Shown: in pieces, positions 30,691-42,248 of the stretch | How the letters are laid out: each line of letters begins with the position of its first letter | How positions within the stretch are numbered: position 1 is the first letter of the stretch | From: Protoeuglena noctilucae | Lineage: Eukaryota | Length of the DNA stretch: 64,000 bases | Direction of reading: 5' to 3' | Assembly: GCA_958009085.1 (NCBI GenBank) | Contig: OY253670.1 | Location: 1,364,001-1,428,000 of the forward strand | Program-made: the position numbers and the translations under genes | Notes under the pieces: model-generated | The model's database searches: none | Told to the model about the DNA's origin: nothing | Seen by the model: only the letters and a program-made list of their open reading frames with translations

Positions 30691-30984
30691 CCAACGGCGG
30701 CGTGTAGAGCTGGGGATGCGCGCCGTCTTCCTCCCCTAGTTCTACAGTACGTCACTAGCCATGATGATTCAATGCGTGGGCAGGGCACATGCGACAAACG
30801 CGGTCCCCGTCATGGCAGCGGCAGCGGCCCCACAGGGCGCTGCCTGCTCAACCGCAGCTCGCCAACGCGCTGCGGGTCTCGGGGGACCTGAGCTGCGGGA
30901 GGTCGCACCGGCGCTAGGCAAGGGTCTGTAACAACGTCGCTCGGAGCAGTGCGCGCCGGAGAGAGTCCGGGCTGTTCCAAACCC

Positions 30985-33110
30985 TCACACCTTCCGCGTG
31001 GGGATGACGCTGGTGGTCTTCTGGAAGTGGGCCACGGCCGCGCCGACCCCGGACCCCGGGGTGACACGGACACCCGCATCCATCATGGCCATCTCGACGC
31101 CGGCCAGCGCGCCCAGCAGCATGACCTCGTCCATGTTGCCGAGGTGACCGATCCGGAAGACCTTGCCCTGGACCTGGGACAGCCCGACGCCGATGGACAG
31201 GTTGTAGCGCGCGTAGGCGTTCCGGACCACCAGGCCCGAGTCGATGCCCGCGGGCGTCTCAATGACCGTGAGCGAGTCCGACCGCCACCGCGGGTTCTTG
31301 CAGAGGAGCTCGAGGCCCCAGGCGCGGACGGCGGCGCGGCAGCCCTCGGCCAGGCGGTGGTGGCGAGCCACGACGCGGTCCATGCCCTCCTCCCGCAGCA
31401 GCGCGCACGACTCGCGCATGCCGTAGAGCAGGGGCAGGCTGGGCGTGTAGGGCACGGACCCCACGGCGTTGGTCTTGATCATGTCGGCGAAGTCGTAGTA
31501 CACGCGGGGCAGCTTGGCCGTCTTCATGGCCGCCAGCGCCTTCTGGCTGGCGCACACCAGCGCCAGGCCCGTCGGGATGGACAGCGCCTTCTGCGAGCCC
31601 GTTACCGCCACGTCCACCTTCCAGTCGTCAAACTTAAACTCGAGCGCCCCGATCGACGACACGCCGTCCACCAGGAGCAGGGCGGGGTGGCCCAGCTCGT
31701 CCAAGACCTGCCTGCGTGCGGCGAGAGGGGCGGCGGACAATCTCGCTGCCGCTCCTGACGGCTTCTGCCCCAGCCATTGGGTACGCCCAGCCATTGGGTA
31801 CGCCCTGCCCTGCCTCACCGAATCCTCTTCACGTCCGACGTGACCCCCGTGGTGGTCTCGTTGTGCACGACGGCCACCGCCTTGATCTCCGCCTTCTTGT
31901 CCGCCCTCAGCACCTCCGCCATCCGGTCCTCGTCTGCCCCGTCACCCCACTTGCACTCGATCACGTGCGGGTTCAGGCCCAGCCGCTGCATCATGTCGAT
32001 CCACAAGTGCGAGAACTGGCCGTACCTGCGGCGGGGGCGGACTCCCTCGCTATGCGGCCGGGCAGCAGCGCCTACATGGGGAGGGCGCGTGGGGGGCGCA
32101 AGGCACACACCGGAACGTGAGGACCTTGTCCCCAGGCGACAGCGTGTTGCACAGCGCCGCCTCCCAGCCCCCCGTGCCCGTCCCCGGGAAGATGAACGGC
32201 GTCCCCTCCTTCGTCCTGGGGACCGGCAGAAGGAGTCGCGTCGCAGGCCGTCGCCGAGGGGTCGCACATGCGAGCCTGCGGCGCGTCGCACTCACTGGAA
32301 CAGCCACTTGGCGTCATCCAGGCACTTCAGGAAGAAGTCCGCGAACCATGGGTCGCGGTGATTCTGCCCCGGCACAGACATGGCCCGCAGAACGCGCTCG
32401 TGGATGTTGACGGGGCCTGCGCAGCAGCCGGGGGCGCGCATTCGCGTCAAGCACGGCTCAGCCATCCCCGGGGTCTTGGCCAGAGATGGCGACGGGGCAA
32501 GGCGAGGGGGGCGACGTGCGCTGCATGCTGACGGGCCGTCTCAGGGGCAAGGATTCGACGCGCGTCCCGTGCGCGGCCCCCGCGCTCCGTACGAGGTCGA
32601 TGCGATCGGAAAAGGTCATCCGCAACGCCGAGGCGGGGTGAGCGATCGCGCTGGGGTCGGAACCTCCGACGGGCACCCTGCCTTTTGGCTCCCACGCACC
32701 TGGGACGAACAGGTGGTTGCGACCGGCCGGCGAGTACGTGTAGTCCCCCAAAGCGAACGACCTGGAGCACTGGGGACCCGATGCGCCCAGCCCCTCCTGC
32801 GCGCGGGGGAGCGGGTCCGGGCCCTACCATCGGACGACGCACGCGGGAGAAAGCCACCCCGCGAGCGAGGGGGAGGGGCGAAGGACGCGCGGGGAGGGCC
32901 GCGCGCGGAGGGATCGCGCCCCCCGAACGGGCTCTCCCAACAACGGTTGACGGGGCGAAATCCGTACGGGGGAGGGCACCCGAGACGGCTGCGATGCGAC
33001 CCATGGACTCGAAAGTGCCGTTGCGAGGGGACGCGAAGCGCATCGACACGCACCTGGGCGGCCAGGGCCAGGCGCGCCCGGAGGACCGAGCTCGCTCCCC
33101 TGCGCAACAT
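30985..33110 (-). CDS. SGAT: Serine:glyoxylate / alanine:glyoxylate aminotransferase with mitochondrial-type presequence
   Basis: GRNHLFVPGPVNI, PGTGTGGWE, VHNETTTGV, VDGVSSIGA, TGSQKAL, PYTP, FRIGHLG. Presequence MLRRGASSVLRARLALAAQ..RSFA. Confidence 0.93.
31769..31805. repeat. Perfect 17-bp tandem duplication in an SGAT intron
   Basis: (CCCAGCCATTGGGTACG)x2 followed by CCC. Confidence 0.9.
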
Positions 33111-33320
33111 TGTGTGAATTGCGTCCACCCAATCACGCGCGATGCTGAGGCAGACGTCAAGGGCACAATCTCGACGTCTCTTCGCCGGCGCGCCTCGAGA
33201 TGGACCCCGGGGGGCGCAACCCTACCCGGTAGGGCTGGCACTCCAACCGACATGCGGCTCTGACGTGCGCCGTGGCACCCCCCATGCGTTGCTTCTCGAC
33301 CCTCAGAGTCAGGTGCCTCT

Positions 33321-34597
33321 TCACAGCGCGGCAGGGGTCAAGATGCCGAACTTGTCGTGGAGGTTGGCCAGGCTGTCGGCTATGACGCGCCAATTGCGCG
33401 GCGCATACCCTCCCGACGTGGCCATGACGATGGGGCACGCGTGGTCCCGGGCAGCCGCGAACACCGTCCCGTCCCGCCGGACGATGGCGTCGGCCGACAC
33501 GCGCAGCCGCCCCAGCGGGTCCCCGTCCAGCACGTCCGTGCCGGCGTTGTACAACACGAGGTCCGGCTCGCGGAACTCGGCGAACGCCTGCCCGAGGACC
33601 GCTCGCACCGCCTCCAGGTACTCCTCGTCCCCCGTGCCCGGCCGCAGCTCGGCCCTGGCCCTCACGGCCCGCTTGGCCTCGGCATCCATGGGGAAGATGG
33701 ACCCGCAGTACACGTCCGCCACGTGGAAGTCCCCGTCCTGGAAGTGCAGCACGTCCCGCGCCACGCCGTTGCCCTGGTGGACGTCCAGATCGATGTAGAG
33801 AAATTTGCGCACCCGCCCACCGGACGCGCGGCGCAGGTGCCGGGCGGCGAGGTACCAGTCGTCGTAGGCGCACCACCCCGCGCCCTGCTCTCAGCTGGCG
33901 TGGTGCATGCCTCCCCCCAGATTGATGGCCACCCCATGGGCTGCTGCCACGCCGGCCGCCATGACGGTGCCGGTGGCCATCGTGCGGAGGGGCCGCAGCA
34001 CGCGGGCCTGAAGGACCGAGTTGGGCAGGTGGGCGAGAACACCCAGCTCCACCACCAGAGCGACCTGCGAGGGAGGAAAACATGATAGGCGGTGTGCCGG
34101 GGGGAACGCGCTGTGTAGCCGAGGGCAGCCCGACGCCCACCCCACCTGGGCACTGTTGCTGAGGCTGTCGAGGTAGGAGCGACTGTGGACGTCCTCGAGC
34201 ATGTCCCGCGGCAACTCCACTGCCGGTTTCAGCAGGCGGTCTCGGGAGACGAGACCCCGCCGCACGAGGTCGCCGAGGACGCGCCGGTACTGCAGTGACG
34301 ACGGCGTGGGATGAGTGTGCGATGAGTGTGCGCGGCGGGCACCAATGTGCCGTGCCAATGCTGATGCGACCTCGCCTTGCAGCTGTCGAACGGGTGCAGC
34401 TTCTCTACGCCGTAGAATGTGACGTTGTAAACATCGCTGTACACGAGCGGGTGCGCGCCGTCCACGGCCCTCCACCCCAGCGACTCATAGGCCGGCTGAA
34501 GCTGGCGGGGGCGCATGCGCGCGCACGGCGCAAACGCGCTCCCCTCCGTCGACGATGTGGGCCCGGCAGGCGGACCGCGGGAGAACAGGGACCCCAT
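33321..34597 (-). CDS. HDAC11/HDA2-like deacetylase with one in-frame TGA (33891-33893); recoded gene or recent pseudogene
   Basis: EKLHPFD, INLGGGMHHAS*EQGAGWCAYDD, IDLDVHQGNG, YNAGTDVLDGDPLG, SGGY. GC-AG intron 34290-34375. Confidence 0.88.
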
Positions 34598-34876
34598 AAG
34601 TGGTAAAGGCGTAGGGCACCTCTTGGCAATGCCGCCTCTTTGGGAGCAGGGCACTGTCCCTGCTCAAGGGCCTCGGAAGGCTCTTATTTCAATGTTTGGG
34701 TGGGATTTTTTTCAAGCACTTGACTTTGACCTCCCTGGCCTCTGCCAGCCCTAAAGCTCAACCAACAAGCTCACGGTCCATCGCTGGCAAACGCATTGTC
34801 TGTATAATGTCGACATCGCTCCTCCCCTGTCTGTCCCGCGCAGCCGATGCAGTGCTAGGGGGGGCGCGTGGCGACA

Positions 34877-37800
34877 ATGCGGCGTAACTCGGCGAATTCG
34901 CCGGGCGACGGCCGTCCCGGTATCCCAGTGGACAGTTTAGAGGACGATCTCGATAGCATGAGCCGGCCAGCTGGCCTCGTTAAGAGGGTCGAGAGCAGCA
35001 GCGACAGCGAGAGCGACGACGCGCCGGTCCGCCCCCCGCGCGTTCCACGCGCCCCAGCCGCCCGCGTTCAGCGTTCGTCGCACACGGCAGCGTGTGTGGA
35101 TGAGCTTGTCGACCGCGTCCAATCGCTGGAGGTCGTCGATGGCGATGCGTTTCGCGAGAGGAAGGAGGGCGGTGGGGGCGGAAGGAAGCCAGGGGGCGAG
35201 GAGGCGCAGGAGCGGGCGAGGTCGGACGCGTCGTCAAGATGTGCCGGGGCAGAGGGCAGCGGGGAGCGCGCTCCCTCGCCGAGAGACGCGGGTGATGCTG
35301 GGCCCGAGGGCGCCGCGGTGGGGCTGGAGCTGGGGGAGGGCCGCTTCCGGCTGCCACGCCCCGTTTACGAGGGTCTCTTTGCGCACCAGGTCGAGGGCGT
35401 CACGTGGCTGTGGGGACTGTACGACCAGGTGCGACGTGGAGCTGGCGGGGGGGCGCTGTATGCCGCCCACCGTTGCGACCGACACCACTTCTGCCTCCCT
35501 GCGCCTGCAGGGCCGTGGGGGCATCCTGGCTGACGACATGGGTGAATGCGCGTGCTGCTGATGATCGCAGCTCCAGCCACGGCCAGGGCAAGAGCAATCC
35601 CGCATGTCACTCTGCTGTTGCGCCCTCGCAGGCCTGGGGAAGACCATGCAGGTGTGCGCCTTCTTGCGAGGGCTGCAGGCGTCCGGGCTGGCCACGCGCT
35701 CCCTGGTGGTGGCGCCCGTGAGCCTGACCGCGCACTGGGCAGCCGAGCTGGGCAAATGCGGCCTGGGAGACCACGTGAGGGTCACAGGGCAGGCTTGCGC
35801 TGCTGCTCGTTCCGCGACCCTGCCTGTTCCACGCCGCCAACTCCCCTTCTCCCCAGGTCCACCTCTTCTGCGAGGGCTCCCGCGCCGACAAGCTGAGGGG
35901 CCTGCGCGCCTGCCTCTCCCGGGGCGGCGTGCTCGTCACCACGTACGGCATGGTGCTGCACCACCGCGACGCCCTCGCCCTCGACGCTGCGGCGGCCACC
36001 GCGCTGTGCGGGGAGGGGCCCTGGAGTGCCTCCCTGGGGCACGGCGCACGGTGGGACTGCGTGGTCCTGGACGAGGGGCACAAGATCAAGAACCCCAAGA
36101 CCAAGCTGGCGCAGGCCGCGCGGGCCATCGCCTCCCGCGTCCGGTGGGTCGCCAGCGAAGCAGCGGGGGGGCGGGGGCGCCCGTGGCAGGCTGGCTCAGT
36201 CGCCGCAACGCTCTGTGTCCCAGGCTCGTCATCTCCGGGACTCCCGTCCAGAACCACCTGGGGGAGATGTGGGCTCTGTTCGACTGGGCGCTCCCCAGCC
36301 TCCTGGGCGACGCCAAGTTCTTCAAGAACTACTTCGAGCGGGCCATCACGGCGGGGGTAGACCGGGAGGCGGACGTGCACGTGCGCATGCGGGGGCAGCT
36401 GGTGGCGCAGGTGGGCGGGATTGGAGATCGCAGCGGGGCCTGGCGTGTCGGGCCTGCCGTAGCTTGACCAGGCGGTCTGTCCCCTGCAGGAACTGCGTGC
36501 CCGCATCGCGTCCTACTTCCTCCGACGCGAGAAGGCCGAGGTGCTGCTGACCAGGGACAAGACTGCGGAGTGGCGCCTGGAAAAGGGGGGCCCCGGCGGG
36601 GAGCGGAGCGGCGCCCTGTCCGAGGGCAAGCAAAGCGCAGATGAGGCGCGTGAAGACGCGCGCGCAACGTCCGCCGAGCACAGCGAAGCGGGGTCGGCGT
36701 CGAGCGGCCCCGGTCAGCAGCTGGGCCGCAAGAACGACCTCATCGTGTGGCTGCGGCTGTCGGCCACCCAGCGCCACGTGTACGAGGCTTTCCTGAACTC
36801 GGCCTCGGTGCACGCGGCCCTCAACCAGGCCAACTCGCCCCTCGCGGCCCTGACAGGTGACGGGCGCCTCTGGCCTGCGTGGACAGGGAAAGACGTCGGC
36901 GTGAGGGCGCGCGTGGGCCTCGGACGGACGCGTGAGGGTCAGCGCAATGTTGGTCCCTCGCCCTTCCAGTGCTCAAAAAGATCTGCGACCACCCGGCGCT
37001 GCTGAGCCAGAACATGACGCGGGAGGTGATTGAGGGCGCGGCACGCAAGCTGGGCCGGAAGGGACGCGGCACCCGGCATGCGAGCGACCGCGACACCGAC
37101 GAGTCGTCTGACAAGGACGACGAGGAGAGCGACGTGGGGAGCGCGGGGAGTGATGGGGAGGGGCGGGGGACGCCCGTCGGGCGTGCGGCGGGGGCGGTGC
37201 TGGGGGCGCCCCCCACGCCGGGGCTCGTGGCCGGGGGCTCGATGGACGTGGGCTGGTGGGAGGAGGCGGCGCGGGTGAGCCCTGAGAATGACTGCGAGTT
37301 CTGGCCGAAGGCTGACGGCGGGCTGCGGTGAGCACGGCCACCCATTCCTGTCCCCCAGACGAGTGGCGGCGTGGAGGCTCTGCTGAGCCGGGAGCTGTCC
37401 AGCCAGGGTGTGGGAGCGTCCCCGAAGACGACCTTCTGCCTCGACCTCATCCGCGAGCTCAGCGGCCAGGGCCACCGCACACTGGTCTTCAGCCAAAGGC
37501 GAGCAGGGGCACGGGCGGGTGATGGGGCCCGCGCTCTGCATCCCCGCGTGCCATCCCCGGCCAGGCTTCCCCCCGCAGCAAGGTGATGCTCGACATTGTG
37601 CAGGCGGCGCTCTCGGCCGAGCCCATCACCTTCCTCCGCATCGACGGGGACGTGGCCTCGGGGGCCCAGCGGCAGAGCCTGGTGGAGCGATTCCAGGCGA
37701 GGAGGCGGCACGGGCGCGTGATGTGCATGCGGATGCGGGTGGTCGCCTTGCGGGCCACTCATGCCAGCCGCGTGCCTCGCAGACGGACCCCGCGATTCCC

Positions 37801-39107
37801 GTCATGCTCCTGACGTCGGGCGTGGGCGGGCTGGGCCTCACGCTCACTGCTGCCGACCGCGTCGTCATTCTGGACCCCAGCTGGAACCCCAGCACCGACA
37901 ACCAGGCCGTGGACCGTGCCTTCCGCATCGGACAGACGAGAGACGTGGTCGTCTACCGCCTCATCACGTGCGGGACGGTGGAGGAGAAGATATACCGGAA
38001 GCAGGTCTTCAAGCACGGTCTGTCGCGGAGCACCACCGGGGAGGAGGATGTGGTGCGCTACTTCAGCAGCCAGGACCTCCGCCAGCTCTTCATGGTGTCC
38101 GCCGCGGGCCTGGAGGTGTCCGAGACGCAGCGGCAGCTCAGCCGCATGCACGCCCACCAGCGCGTCGCCACAGAGGAGGTGCAGGCGCACATCCGGCGCC
38201 TGGAATCCCTGCCTTCCGTCGCGGGGATCTCTGACCACGATCTTCTTTTTCGCAACGATGCTGCCGACTCTGCGCAGGGGGCGGCTGGCGATGTCGGTGA
38301 GGCGCCCGCCCCTCGCCTCCCCAGCGCGCCTGTCTTGCCTGGCGCCGCCGCCTCCACCGCCCTCGCATGCGCCCTGGGTCCCGCAGGCAAGCAGCGCGCG
38401 GCGGCGCGGGCCGCCTGGGGCAAGCAGAGGGGCGGACCTCTCGCCCGCATCGCTGCATCCGCCACCACGGCCGCGGGGCCCAGCGGCCCAGGTCCCTCGG
38501 GGCTCCTCGCCGACGTGCGCCTGGGCCCTGCTCCGTGGCACCCCGTCGACAGAGCCGCGCTGCAGGCTATTCCTGTCGGGGGCGAGGCGCTGCAGAAAGC
38601 GGGCGACGGACGGGGCACGGCGGGGTCGCTGGACATGACGCCCCTGGCCCAGTCGCTGGCGGAGGTGGAGACAGAGGTAAGCCGTGGCGGCGGCAGAGAG
38701 TGTCGGGGATGTCGCGAGCAGCGCGTGGGGTGATCCGTGCTCGCGCCGGCACCTCGCAGTCGTCGTCCCGCCAGGCGCGCGCGGCTGCCCACGAGCTCCG
38801 GGACAAGCAGCGTCGGCTCGAGCGCATGCTGGCGGAGATGGCCGAGCGCATGCCGGACGGTGGCCAGAAGCTGAGGGAGCAGCTGGAGGACACGCGGCGG
38901 AAACTCGCCGCTCTGGGGGCGAGCGCGGAGGAGCCGCAGCGAGCCTCCCTGGCACAGCGGCCGGACGACACGAATCTCCTGTCGAAGCTTGACAAGTACC
39001 GCCGCATCGTCGAGAGCCGCGACTTCGCGGCCCGCTATTCCGCCGAGGAGCAGCGGAAGATCCGCGAGCGGTACGACCAGTACGCGGCGGCGGTGGGGCA
39101 CAACTGA
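34877..39107 (+). CDS. SNF2-family translocase, ERCC6L/PICH (CHR24)-like
   Basis: GILADDMGLGKTMQ, VLDEGHKIKN, SGTPVQN, KKICDHP, VFSQSKVMLD, RIDG, DPSWNP..QAVDRAFRIGQ, YRKQVFK. Two GC-AG introns. Confidence 0.93.
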
Positions 39108-39243
39108 GCATCGCCGCGGGCTGAAAGACGGACTTTGTCTTTGGTAGTCCTGTTAGCGTAGGGATGGTGTCGAGCTGTGCAGGCTGGTATCACCGGCATC
39201 GGTGCGTCTGAGTTGGGGAGTCTTGAAGATCGGTGGACACCGG

Positions 39244-39915
39244 CCGTGCTCACGGTGCTGGCGCAGTGCATGTTCGTGACGTCCATCGTCACGGTCCTGT
39301 GGACGCTGTTCGGCTACTCTCTGACCTTCTCTGACGCGGGGATGAAGGAGGGCGTGGTGTCGCTGGCGTCCTTCATCGGCAACATGGACAAGGCGCTGAT
39401 GAAAGGCGTTGAGACGGGCATCGTGGGCACCATCCCGGAGTCCCTGTGGTTCTGCTTCCAGCTCACCTTCGCCATCATCACCCCCGCGCTCGTGGTGGGC
39501 GCCTTTGCCGAGCGCATGAAGTTCTCCGCCTCCATCCTCTTCCTCACGCTGTGGTCCTGCCTCGTCTACTACCCCGTCGGCCACATGGTCTGGGCCGGCC
39601 CGGGGTCCTTCCTCGGGGACCTGAACGCCCTGGACTTTGCCGGCGGCCTCGTGGTCCACCTCACGTCGGGGGTCGCAGGCGAGCTTTGCTTGCTCCGGGG
39701 GCCGCCTGTGGGACCGCTGCCAAACGCGGGGCTCCAACCCGTCCTACCCCGGCCGTGCTCGCAGCCCTGGTCGCGGCGTTGATGGTGGGCCGCCGGCGCA
39801 AGGCGACGATGGCGCCCCACAACTTGCCGATGGCCGTCACGGGCGCTGGGATGCTGTGGGTCGGCTGGTTCGGCTTCAACGCGGGCTCGGCCGTGTCCGC
39901 GTCGACGGCTGCGGC
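39244..39915 (+). pseudogene. Truncated, near-identical internal duplicate of the AMT gene
   Basis: Matches 29487-30158 at offset 9757, intron included; one substitution seen. Lacks the N-terminus and the second pore His. Confidence 0.93.
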
Positions 39916-40118
39916 ATTGTGCGGGCTTTTGCGAGCTGGAGGGTTTGACCTCAGTAGGAAATCACGCCCCCAACGAACCTCTCCCGACGGCTTCCCGACG
40001 GACCATCGTTCATTTCATTATACCGTTGATGCATTCGACGGGCGTGGGCAAGCTAAATTAGCGCTAGTAGCGGCACTTTCTCTCGCGACGGTTAGGTCGC
40101 ATCGTCTCGACATCAGCC

Positions 40119-42092
40119 ATGCTGATCCTGCTGAGTGGATCCCGAGCGTTTCGGGAGGACGAGATTCCGGGGCGTCTGTCCCCCCCGGCGCTGTCCTGGA
40201 CCCGCGCAGCACTGGACGCCCAGCATGCGCTCGTCTTGGAGCAGCTGCGAGCGCTATCCGCGGAGGAACTCCACAATGTCCTGGGAATCAACATGCGGGC
40301 CGCGGAGTTGAACCACTCGCGCTATGCGGGCTGGGAGGAGCAGCCCAAAGCCCCTGCGCTTTTGGCCTTCTCCGGCGAGGTATGGCCGATTGATAGGCGG
40401 TCTGGCATGCCGGACGTCGTCACTGTCTTACTGACGCTCTTGTCGATGTCCTCGCAGGGCCGGCCCGCGAACCAGGCTTACCGGAGCCTCGCAGCACATG
40501 ACCTGTCTGTGGCGGACGTGGAGTGGGCCCAAGAGCACGTCCGCATTCTCTCGCCGCTCTACGGAATCCTCCGGCCCCTGGACGCTATCCGCCCCCACTG
40601 CCTGGATGCCACATCCGTGAGACGACGCCTTGCATCGCCCTCACGTTTGCGAAACTGTTGCTGACACCATGCTGCCCAACGAGCCCTTGTCCCCCTACAG
40701 ACCCTCACCATGCCGGGAGGCGTGTCCCTGCCGGCGTTCTGGGGCGCGGCCGTCGCGGAGCACATCAACTCCTGCCTGGAGGGGCAGCCCGCCTCCGAGG
40801 GGCGTTTCGTGCTCCACTGTGCGGCGGACGAGGACTGGGCGCTGGTGGACGCGGCAGCCCTCCGGTTCCCGGTCGTACGGTGCCGCTTCCCGGAAAGCGC
40901 GTCGTACGAGCGGCAGGGGGAAGGGTCCCTCACCCGGCACCTCATCGAGCAGCGGGTGAGGGCGTCAGAGGGCTCCGTGACATTTAAGACAGCGCTAACC
41001 CCGACCTCCACTGCGGGGCTGGTCATCCTCCGATGCGCACTCGCTCCCTCGGCGCTCGCAGGCCACGTCCCTGGACCAGGTGCGGTCCTTCTCTGGAGAC
41101 CGCGGCAGGGGCCACGACTGGAGGCTCGACGAGGCGGCGTTGGACGACCAAGTGCTCGTGTGGATCGTCTCGCGGCTGCACGTCCCGCTGACGGGGTCGA
41201 GGGCGGAGGCACAGCGGCAGCTGGAAGGTGCGGTGTGGGGATAGCACGAGGGTTGCACCCGGCTCTCTTCGCTCGTCGTAAGCAGCTGCGCAGCCAGTGA
41301 CTCATAGAATCTGTATCACGCGCCCCAGAGGCCCATGCGGTGGAGATGGTGCGAGAGAAGGAGGAGCGGGAGCGGGAGCGGGAAGAGGGCGCAGGAGAGG
41401 CTGGCATGGAGCTGGCGGAGGTGGCCCAGGTGGGGGCAGAGCCCCCCGCGGAGGCCCCCGTCGAGGAGGAGGGCGAGGGCGGCGGTGATGGCGCTGCGGG
41501 GGCGGAGGCCGTGGCGCCGGCCCAGGTAGTCGGGGCGGGGGGGGTCGAGGTGCCGGTGGACGCGGTGGCGGCAGACCAGGCGCATGGCGAGCCGGCGATT
41601 GCGCCTCCCGAGGCGGAGGGAGCGGCGGACGTGGAAGAGGAGGGCGAGGGGGAGAGGGCGCAGGAAGACGTGGCGGGAGCGGGGGAGGCGGAGACGGGGC
41701 TGGGGGAGGAGGGGGACGGGGGCGCCAAGCCGCCCGCTGATGTGGGCGCCGGTGGCAGCGAAGAGGGCAAGGATGCCGAGGAGGAGGGGGCGGGCGCGGA
41801 GGGGGAGCACGTCGAGGAGGAGGTGAAGAAGCCAGGGAAAGGGAAGGGACGGAAGGGTGCGAAGAAGAAGGGGGCAGCCAAGAAGGGCGCCAGCAAGGCG
41901 GGCTCTCACACGGCGAAGGGCCGGCGCGCCCCTTCCGCGGCTGCGGAGGGGGGGAAGGGCGCGGCTGTGCAGGAGGAGGAGCCGGCGCGTGAGACGCGGG
42001 CGGGCAAGGGCAAGAGGAAGCGGGCGGAGCACCAGGAGGAGCCGCAGCACGAGGACCCGGTGGCGAAGCGCACCAGGTCGAAGCGGGCGTAG
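40119..42092 (+). CDS. Divergent YaaA (UPF0246)-like protein with long acidic then basic tail
   Basis: MLILLS, ALLAFSGEAYRSL, RILSPLYGILRPLDAIRP, LPAFWG. Introns at 40956 and 41228-41328 join the E-rich/K-rich 250-aa ORF in frame. Confidence 0.78.
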
Positions 42093-42248
42093 TAGCGAGG
42101 CGGGCTTGGCCGGCATGGACGCGAGCAGCGCGTTGAATGGTAATGGCTGAGTCAGGGTGCTGCCGGTGGCTGGCAACGCACCAATGTGCGGCGTTTGAAG
42201 CCCCACGAGTAGCCATCTTCCTGTTTCTCGCCCGCTTCCTCTTTTGTC

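Noticed and set aside
33891..33893. Genome-wide reassignment of TGA to a sense codon
   Set aside because: TGA ends several conserved genes at the expected position (NDH2, AMT, SGAT, LOG2-like), and no other in-frame TGA was needed.
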